DNA of 64,000 bases from an uncultured Polyangiaceae bacterium (GTDB taxonomy: Bacteria > Acidobacteriota > Thermoanaerobaculia > Multivoradales > JAHEKO01). Positions within the stretch are counted from its first letter, which is position 1; every line of letters begins with the position of its first letter. This document shows, one piece after another, positions 57,580 through 64,000 of this stretch. The translations under genes and the position numbers were made by a program. The DNA is taken from positions 3,009 through 67,008 of the forward strand of contig CAXMQZ010000006.1 in assembly GCA_964195975.1 (NCBI GenBank), in the 5' to 3' direction. The notes under the pieces are model-generated. The model did no database searches, was not told where the DNA came from, and saw only the letters and a program-made list of their open reading frames with translations.

Positions 57580-59025
57580 ATGCCCTCAGTAGATACCCAA
57601 GAAGTCGAGTCCATTATCCGCCGGGTGCGCCGCCGTTTTGGCGAATCACCCGATACCGAACAGCGCGCCGACGCGGCGGAATTCGAAGTCGTCACCAGCG
57701 GTATGGGTGTCTTTCCCTCCACGGCGAGTGCTGTCGAAGCGGCCCAGATTGCCTTCGAGGCCTACCGCGAGATGGGGCTCGAGCGCAGACGCGAGGTCAT
57801 CGATCGCATTCGGGAGTCGATGCGCGAAAATGCCGAGCCTCTGGCCGAGATGGCACATCGCGAAACGGGGCTCGGGCGGGTCGAAGACAAGGTTGTCAAG
57901 AATCTTCTGGTGACCAACAAGACACCGGGACCCGAAGATCTGGAGCCACAGGTGGTTACCGGAGACCAGGGTATGACGGTGACCGAGTACGCGCCGTTCG
58001 GCCTGATCGGAGCCATCACACCAACGACCAATCCCGCCGCGACGGTGATCAACAACACGATCGCCACGGTGGCGGCGGGTAACGGCGTGGTCTTCAATGC
58101 GCACCCCAATGCCAAGCGGTCCTCCGCAGAGACGGTAAGCCTGATCAACGAGGCGATCGTCAAGGGGGGTGGACCCGAGAACCTCGTGACAACGATCGCC
58201 CAACCCACGATCGCTTCGGCCCAAGAGCTCATGCGGCACCCCAGAATTCGATTGCTCATGGTGACTGGAGGCCCGGGTGTAGTGGCCGAAGCGCTCAAGA
58301 CAGACAAACGTGCGGTTACCGCGGGGCCGGGCAACCCACCGGTAGTCGTGGACGAGACCGCAGATCTCGAAGTGGCGGGTCGCGAGATCGTGCGGGGGGC
58401 TTCGTTTGATAACAACATGGTCTGTACCGACGAAAAAGAGGTCTTTGTCGTGCAGTCCAAAGCCGATGAGTTGCTGCGCAATCTCGGCAAGAGTGGTGGC
58501 TACGTACTCAAGGAGTATCAGCTTCGGCAACTTGAGAGAACGATCTTTGTCAAGCTGGGTGAGCCGGGCAAGCCGGGACAGATCGATCGTCGCTGGATAG
58601 GCCAGGACGCCAGCAAGATCTTGGCGGAGATCGGTGTCACAGCCGGCGACGAAACGCGTCTGATCGTTGCGGAAGTCGATCGCGATCACAGCCTGGTCTG
58701 GACCGAACAGATGATGCCGGTAATGCCAGTGGTACGAGTTCGAGACGTCGACGATGCGATCGATCTGGCGGTGCGTGCAGAGCACGGTTTTCACCACACC
58801 GCCTCGATCTACTCCAACGACGTCTCTGTGATTACCCGAATGGCACGAGAGATGAATGTGAGCATATTTGTGGCCAACGCTGCCAACGTGGCCGGTCTTG
58901 GAGCTGGTGGTGAGGACTACACATCCTTTTCGATTGCCACCCCCACCGGTGAGGGCATGACCCGTCCTCGAACGTTTTCGAGGATACGACGTCTGACCAT
59001 TGTTGGATCACTGAGAATCGTGTAA
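57580..59025 (+). CDS. CoA-acylating aldehyde dehydrogenase (EutE/PduP family) with encapsulation peptide
   Basis: PTTNP, TGGPGVV, AGPGNPP, FDNNMVCTDEKE (catalytic Cys), EQMMP, ATPTGEG; N-terminal TQEVESIIRRVRRRF. Confidence 0.95.
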   Translation: MPSVDTQEVESIIRRVRRRFGESPDTEQRADAAEFEVVTSGMGVFPSTASAVEAAQIAFEAYREMGLERRREVIDRIRESMRENAEPLAEMAHRETGLGRVEDKVVKNLLVTNKTPGPEDLEPQVVTGDQGMTVTEYAPFGLIGAITPTTNPAATVINNTIATVAAGNGVVFNAHPNAKRSSAETVSLINEAIVKGGGPENLVTTIAQPTIASAQELMRHPRIRLLMVTGGPGVVAEALKTDKRAVTAGPGNPPVVVDETADLEVAGREIVRGASFDNNMVCTDEKEVFVVQSKADELLRNLGKSGGYVLKEYQLRQLERTIFVKLGEPGKPGQIDRRWIGQDASKILAEIGVTAGDETRLIVAEVDRDHSLVWTEQMMPVMPVVRVRDVDDAIDLAVRAEHGFHHTASIYSNDVSVITRMAREMNVSIFVANAANVAGLGAGGEDYTSFSIATPTGEGMTRPRTFSRIRRLTIVGSLRIV

Positions 59026-59033
59026 CTAAAACC

Positions 59034-59630
59034 ATGCACCCTGCAATACTGCTTCTCGAATTTGAATCGATCGCCGTCGGTATCGATGCGGGTGATGCCA
59101 TGGCAAAACGGGCCACTTTGACCTCGCTCCATACCGGTAGCGTCCAGCCTGGCAAGTATCTGGTGCTGGCGGGTGGAGATGTCGCCCAGGTAGAGGAGGC
59201 CCGGATCGCAGGTCGGGAGCGCGGACGGTCCGCTCTCCTCGACGAGATCTACCTCCCCGAGGTCCACGGCGAGGTCATCGACGCTTTGACCGGCAAACGT
59301 CAGCCGAGTCTCGGAGAGGCACTTGGGATTGTCGAGACCAGGACTGTCCCAGCCGTGATCGGAGCCGCTGATGTCGGAATCAAGTCGGCAAACGTGAAAA
59401 TCCTGGAGATTCGCGTAGCCGATGGCCTGGGTGGCAAGGGTTATGTCCTGTTCTCGGGTCGACTGCATGATGTCGAAGCCGCTGTCGAGCAGGCGGTCGC
59501 GAGTTTGGCATCACGAGATCAACTCATCGCCCAGGTCGTCATTCCACAACTTCACGAGGAGATGTTGGCGAATCTCGCCTCCGATCTGGAGTTTGTGCCG
59601 AGAGCTCGCTCCTACTCGCCGAAGAAGTAA
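59034..59630 (+). CDS. BMC-T shell protein, PduT-like single-layer type
   Basis: LLEFESIAVG..AGDAMAK, PGKYLVL, ALGIVET, GLGGKG, VIPQLH. Confidence 0.9.
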   Translation: MHPAILLLEFESIAVGIDAGDAMAKRATLTSLHTGSVQPGKYLVLAGGDVAQVEEARIAGRERGRSALLDEIYLPEVHGEVIDALTGKRQPSLGEALGIVETRTVPAVIGAADVGIKSANVKILEIRVADGLGGKGYVLFSGRLHDVEAAVEQAVASLASRDQLIAQVVIPQLHEEMLANLASDLEFVPRARSYSPKK

Positions 59631-59648
59631 CTACGGTCATCAAATGAT

Positions 59649-59930
59649 ATGCAATTAGGTCGGGTCATCGGAACCGTTGTCGCCTCTATAAAGGCACCAG
59701 GACTCGAGGGAGTCAGATTTCTGATCGTGCAGCCTCTCGACAAGGACCAACAAGAGGTCGGGGAACCTGTGGTCGCCGCAGACGGGGTCGCGATGGCTGG
59801 ACCTGACGAATTGGTCTACTTTGTTGCCAGCAGGGAGGCGGCGTTGGCATGTCCGCGCACGTTCGTGCCGGTGGATCATGCAATTGTCGGGATTGTCGAC
59901 CAGGTGTCACTGATGGATGATTTGCTGTGA
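59649..59930 (+). CDS. BMC-P vertex protein 2
   Basis: MQLGRVIGTVVAS, EAALA, DHAIVGIVD. Confidence 0.93.
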   Translation: MQLGRVIGTVVASIKAPGLEGVRFLIVQPLDKDQQEVGEPVVAADGVAMAGPDELVYFVASREAALACPRTFVPVDHAIVGIVDQVSLMDDLL

Positions 59931-60193
59931 AGATCGGACGCGTATCTGGTTCGGTAGTTGCGACCATCAAATCTCCTGCTCTGCAGAATCGAGCTCTGTT
60001 GCTTTGCGATCTGCTGGACGAGCGTGGTGAGGCGAACCAGGGCGGCTATACGATAGCGGTCGACACGGTAGGTGCCGGTGCAGGCGAGAGGGTCCTGATT
60101 CTCGACGAAGGTAACTCTGCACGACAAGTTCTCGCCGACGCCGATGCGCCGGTTCGAGCCGTCATCGTCGGCATTATCGATGAGGTGCGATAG
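59927..60193 (+). CDS. BMC-P vertex protein 3
   Basis: MKIGRVSGSVVAT, DTVGAGAGE, EGNSAR, IVGIID. Confidence 0.93.
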   Translation: MKIGRVSGSVVATIKSPALQNRALLLCDLLDERGEANQGGYTIAVDTVGAGAGERVLILDEGNSARQVLADADAPVRAVIVGIIDEVR

Positions 60194-60199
60194 CATCAA

Positions 60200-61405
60200 G
60201 TGCCGACTGGAAAGAATGAATCCATGAAGAGCGAAGTTGTTTTGGAAGAGACCGGGGTTGATTTCTCGCTGACGCCCGAACAGCGTGCGGTTCGAGAGGC
60301 GGCACGCGACTTTGCTCGTCAAGAGATCGACCCGATCGTCGAGGAATACGACGAGAGTCAAGAATTTCCGCGGGAGGTTTTTGCCAAGGCGGGAGAGCTG
60401 GGTTTCTTGGGGATAATTTTCCCCGAAAAGTATGGCGGGTCCGGTCTGGGCTACGTCGACTACGTCTTGGTCATCACCGAGCTGGCCAAGGTGGATCCAT
60501 CGATCGCTTTGAGTGTGGCGGCTCACAATTCGCTCTGTAGCAATCACATCTTCAAATTCGGTACCGAGCAACAGCGACAGCGTTGGTTGGTGCCTCTGGC
60601 TCAGGGTGAAAAGATCGGAGCTTGGAGCTTGACGGAGCCTGATGCCGGATCTGACGCCGCCGGTACTCGAACGCGTGCTGAGCGGGTCGAAGGTGGCTGG
60701 GTCTTGAATGGTGCGAAGACATTTATCACCCATGGTTCGGTAGGCGACACTTGTGTCGTGCTTGCGGTGACCGATCCGGATGGGGAGCGACATCGCAACC
60801 TATCTGCCTTCGTTCTCGAGCGTGGGATGAAGGGATTTCGAGCCGGCAAGAAAGAGAACAAGCTGGGCTCCCGAGCATCGGATACGGCCGAAGTGATCAT
60901 GGAAGACTGCCTGGTCCCAGAAGATCACTTGCTTGGGGAGCTGGGAGCAGGCTTTACCCAGGCCGTTACGATCCTCGATGGAGGTCGCATATCGATCGCT
61001 GCTCTGGGTCTGGGTACTGCGATGGGTGCCTATGAGACCGCTCTCGCCTATTCAAAAGAGCGACAGCAGTTCGGCCGGCCTATCGCGGACTTTCAGGCCA
61101 TCCGTTTCTATCTTGCCGAGATGGCTACGCGAATCAGCGCTTCCGAGATACTTACCATGGCAGCGGCAGTCGCCATGGACCGGGGTGAGCGTGTTACCCG
61201 GGTAGCAGCTGAAGCGAAGCTCCATGCCGGAGAGACGGCGGTCTTTTGTGCCGAGCGCGGTGTACAGATCCATGGCGGATATGGATACATCAAGGACTAT
61301 CGAGCCGAGAAGTACTACCGCGACTGCAAGATCTGCACAATCGGGGAAGGGACCAGCGAAATTCAGCGACTTGTAATTGCTCGGCAGCTCTTGAAAGGCC
61401 ACTAA
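60200..61405 (+). CDS. Acyl-CoA dehydrogenase (short/branched-chain type)
   Basis: [54 protein letters not shown]; ATG at 60224 is an alternative start. Confidence 0.92.
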   Translation: MPTGKNESMKSEVVLEETGVDFSLTPEQRAVREAARDFARQEIDPIVEEYDESQEFPREVFAKAGELGFLGIIFPEKYGGSGLGYVDYVLVITELAKVDPSIALSVAAHNSLCSNHIFKFGTEQQRQRWLVPLAQGEKIGAWSLTEPDAGSDAAGTRTRAERVEGGWVLNGAKTFITHGSVGDTCVVLAVTDPDGERHRNLSAFVLERGMKGFRAGKKENKLGSRASDTAEVIMEDCLVPEDHLLGELGAGFTQAVTILDGGRISIAALGLGTAMGAYETALAYSKERQQFGRPIADFQAIRFYLAEMATRISASEILTMAAAVAMDRGERVTRVAAEAKLHAGETAVFCAERGVQIHGGYGYIKDYRAEKYYRDCKICTIGEGTSEIQRLVIARQLLKGH

Positions 61406-61440
61406 TTGAAGTCCATTTTCCAATCGCCAAGGAAGCTCCG

Positions 61441-61839
61441 GTGATTGCAGGCATTGATCATGTCGGGATCGCGGTACGCTCGATCGACGAAGCGCGTCGC
61501 TTCTACGAGACGCTGGGTTTAGAGGTCGAAGCCATCGAGGAGATCGTTGCCGAAGGTGTCCGCGTGGCGCTGATCCCATGTGGCGAAAGCCGTATCGAGC
61601 TACTCGAAGCCACCAGCCTCGAGTCGCCGATCGCTCGATTTATTGACAAGAGGGGCGTTGGAATTCATCACATTTGTTTGGCGACTTCCGATGTACGATC
61701 GGATCAGGGGTTGCTCGAAGACGCTGGGTTCGAAGTGCTGAGACCTGAGCCGACGCGAGGGGCCGAGGGCTGCTGGATACAGTTCGTCCACCCCAAAAGT
61801 GTGGGAGGAGTCTTGGTGGAGCTGTCGGAGCGGCCCTGA
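61441..61839 (+). CDS. mce: Methylmalonyl-CoA epimerase (VOC fold)
   Basis: IDHVGIAV, IELLE, GIHHICL, FVHPKSVGGVLVEL. Confidence 0.9.
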   Translation: MIAGIDHVGIAVRSIDEARRFYETLGLEVEAIEEIVAEGVRVALIPCGESRIELLEATSLESPIARFIDKRGVGIHHICLATSDVRSDQGLLEDAGFEVLRPEPTRGAEGCWIQFVHPKSVGGVLVELSERP

Positions 61840-61897
61840 TGGCGATGTCAGCTCGCGATATCAGTTCGTGGCGACTTGACGATAAGGAGAGCTAGCG

Positions 61898-62227
61898 ATG
61901 TTGGCATCAAACTCAATCGTGATTGCACACTTGGTGAATCCGACGGAAAAGTTTTGGGGAGTCTTGCTCAACCTCGACTCCAGCGGTCTAACTCTTCGCG
62001 GCATCAATGTCGCCAGTTTCGACGAGTGGATGTTTCAAATTGCTCGGCAGGATGAGAGGACCCTGGGTCTATCGACCATGTTTGTTCCGCTGTCTAGGGT
62101 AGAAAGAATTTTTCTCGATGAGCAAATAGGAGAAGTGGAGTCCTACCGGCAGCGATTCGAGCACAACGTGGGTCAATCGATCGAAGGTCTTTTGGGGTTG
62201 GAGCAGGTAGAAGAAGTCCCCTCCTAG
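61898..62227 (+). CDS. Conserved-looking hypothetical protein, possible Sm/SH3-like fold
   Basis: RBS AAGGAG; beta-strand pattern EKFWGVLLNLD.GLTLRG...MFVPLSRVERI. Confidence 0.6.
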   Translation: MLASNSIVIAHLVNPTEKFWGVLLNLDSSGLTLRGINVASFDEWMFQIARQDERTLGLSTMFVPLSRVERIFLDEQIGEVESYRQRFEHNVGQSIEGLLGLEQVEEVPS

Positions 62228-62238
62228 CCTGCCGCAGG

Positions 62239-63021
62239 CTAGAACTGTACGTTTTCGATAAAAAACGTCGACGCGTCCAGGGATCTCTCGGCGAGATCGG
62301 TTGCCGTCTCAGCCGTCAGGACGAATTGGCCGGCACGCTCCCGGTTCGAGCTGATCAACAAGACCTCGAGCACCTCGATTTGATCCGCGTACTGATTTCG
62401 CAGATGCAAGAGGGTGTCCGCAGCAGCCTCCAACCCCCGAAAGGCCGAGGATTCCGAGTTCGCCGTCATTTCGAGAAAGGCTCGCTGCGCCTGAGTGCCC
62501 TGGTAGATCTGAAATTGGTCGATGCCAAGTGCGCGAAGGAATCTCGAGGTCTCGGCTGATATTTCCAGATTGCGGTAAGGCGCTCGAGGGAATACGGAGA
62601 GATCCACGACTCCAGACGCAGTCCTCTGTACATCCGCTGCTGGGCCTGCCTGGGCCGCCGAGGCTCGGGTAGCTGGGGCTCGAGTTCTAGGCGATGCTCC
62701 GGTATTGCGGGAGACATCTGTCAGGGTTTGTTTCTGCTCCACTTGGGTCACTGGCGCCTCGATCAGTTTTCCGTCTTCAATGACAAAAGCGGTTCCATAA
62801 CGGTTTTTGTTGGCCTCATGGGTCCGGGGAATATCGATCTCCGCAAGGTCTATGAAGGTCTGGGTACCATTTTGAAGCACGATAATGGCTCTGTCTTCCT
62901 CGATGCGAAACTTCTCGCCAGCGATCAGCCGCGAGCCATCCTTCAGGTAGATCGAATAGGCAAAGATAGGTGCCGCAGTCACGGCGATCAAAACGGCTAC
63001 CAGGAAAAGTCTCATTCGCAT
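62239..63021 (-). CDS. Secreted hypothetical protein
   Basis: Signal peptide, small beta domain IYLKDGS...IVLQNG, Ala/Pro linker, C-terminal alpha/beta domain. Confidence 0.65.
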   Translation of the reverse strand: MRMRLFLVAVLIAVTAAPIFAYSIYLKDGSRLIAGEKFRIEEDRAIIVLQNGTQTFIDLAEIDIPRTHEANKNRYGTAFVIEDGKLIEAPVTQVEQKQTLTDVSRNTGASPRTRAPATRASAAQAGPAADVQRTASGVVDLSVFPRAPYRNLEISAETSRFLRALGIDQFQIYQGTQAQRAFLEMTANSESSAFRGLEAAADTLLHLRNQYADQIEVLEVLLISSNRERAGQFVLTAETATDLAERSLDASTFFIENVQF

Positions 63022-63202
63022 TTTTTCTAACCTCGCTACAGAGTGGACAAGTCTTTTCGTATCGGCGTAGACAAGGCGTTCTCGAGAGCGCCAAAGCCCG
63101 CGTTCAAGCGCCGGATTCCCTCATTTCCTCTGCTATGATAGCGCGTCATTCGCCTCGGGATGGTGAACTATTTCGCCATGGGGCTCGGAGAATGTTCTAG
63201 CC

Positions 63203-64000
63203 ATGCTTGTTGTCATGAAAATGGACGCCTCCTCGGAAGATGTCGAGGCTGTCGTGCAACAGATCGAGACCCACGGTCTCAAGGCGAACCCTATTCCCGG
63301 GGCCCAGCGAACCGCGATAGGAATCACCGGCAATATCGGTGTAGTCGAACCGGCGCTTTTCGAGTCGATGGTCGGCGTTCTCGAAGTCATCCAGGTCTCT
63401 CACCCCTACAAGCTCGTCTCCCGCGAGTTTCGAGAACAGGACTCAGTCGTCGATGTGGGGGGGGTGAAAATTGGTGGTTCCGATCTGGTGGTCATTGCCG
63501 GCCCCTGCTCGGTTGAAAGCTACGACCAGACTTCTCGAATTGCCGGTGCGGTCAAGGCGGCCGGTGCGCAGCTACTCCGCGGTGGCGCCTATAAACCCCG
63601 AACGAGCCCGTACAGCTTTCAGGGTCTGGGGCTTGAAGGTCTCGAGATTCTGTCTCGCGTCGGCAAAGAGACCGGTCTACCGGTGGTCACCGAGGCCTTG
63701 GACATCGATGTGCTGGACCAAGTGGCCGAGTATGCGGATATGGTACAAATTGGCGCCCGCAACATGCAGAACTACTCTCTTCTCAAGCGAGCAGGACGAT
63801 GTGGCCGCCCAGTGCTGCTAAAGAGGGGAATGCACGCCACGGTCACCGAGATGCTCCTGGCGGCAGAGTACATTCTTGATCAGGGCAATTCCCAGGTAGT
63901 CCTGTGCGAACGGGGCATCCGCACATTTGCTGATCACACCCGCAACACCCTCGATGTTGCAGCAATCCCCGCAGTACACCGGATCAGCCATCTTCCGATC
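63203..64000 (+). CDS. aroF: DAHP synthase class I-beta (runs off window end)
   Basis: Manual translation MLVVMK...PYKLVSRE...IAGPCSVES...RGGAYKPRTSPYSFQG...QIGARNMQN...LKRG...LCERGIRTF. Confidence 0.93.
   Translation, partial: MLVVMKMDASSEDVEAVVQQIETHGLKANPIPGAQRTAIGITGNIGVVEPALFESMVGVLEVIQVSHPYKLVSREFREQDSVVDVGGVKIGGSDLVVIAGPCSVESYDQTSRIAGAVKAAGAQLLRGGAYKPRTSPYSFQGLGLEGLEILSRVGKETGLPVVTEALDIDVLDQVAEYADMVQIGARNMQNYSLLKRAGRCGRPVLLKRGMHATVTEMLLAAEYILDQGNSQVVLCERGIRTFADHTRNTLDVAAIPAVHRISHLPI

Noticed and set aside
57646-58797. Long antisense ORFs (also 5011-5649, 19338-20084, 24178-24885, 48716-49456, 59876-60793)
   Set aside because: Shadow frames opposite well-supported genes in GC-rich DNA, with no recognisable motifs.
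1-64000. tRNA, rRNA, CRISPR arrays and known riboswitches
   Set aside because: No cloverleaf, rRNA-like sequence, regularly spaced repeats or recognisable aptamer consensus found by eye; a covariance-model scan would be needed to exclude them fully.

Overview
GC-rich (~60%) bacterial chromosome segment. Gene content (DUF4388 pairs, kinase-PD40 fusion, Oar-type receptor remnant, dnaK-hspR) suggests Acidobacteriota, possibly Thermoanaerobaculia; this is inference. No rRNA, tRNA or CRISPR array was seen. 1-13 kb is an accessory zone: five intact type II toxin-antitoxin operons (all with leaderless-type promoters), TA and receptor remnants, a MITE-like element, a low-GC M1 peptidase, ychF, and an 890-aa protein made of two fused tyrosine phenol-lyase/tryptophanase domains. 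That protein is the top novelty: its two halves show reciprocal loss of catalytic residues, predicting a single-chain pseudo-heterodimer with one composite active site. 13-44 kb is mostly housekeeping and envelope genes (nuclease-DinG helicase, hflKC, dacB, glpX, partner-switching genes, envC plus a catalytically dead S41 protease, a carbamoyltransferase-SxtJ-DUF5989 trio, mazG). 43.9-48.1 kb is a Ser/Thr kinase bracketed by ~143-bp inverted repeats with an IS91-like remnant. 48.4-64 kb holds dnaK-hspR, a DnaC-like ATPase, SpoIID and a compact Haliangium-type bacterial microcompartment operon (variant RpiB, DeoC with a Cys4 linker, aldehyde dehydrogenase, six shell genes), followed by acyl-CoA dehydrogenase, methylmalonyl-CoA epimerase and a partial DAHP synthase. 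All family calls are from motif recognition, not database searches.
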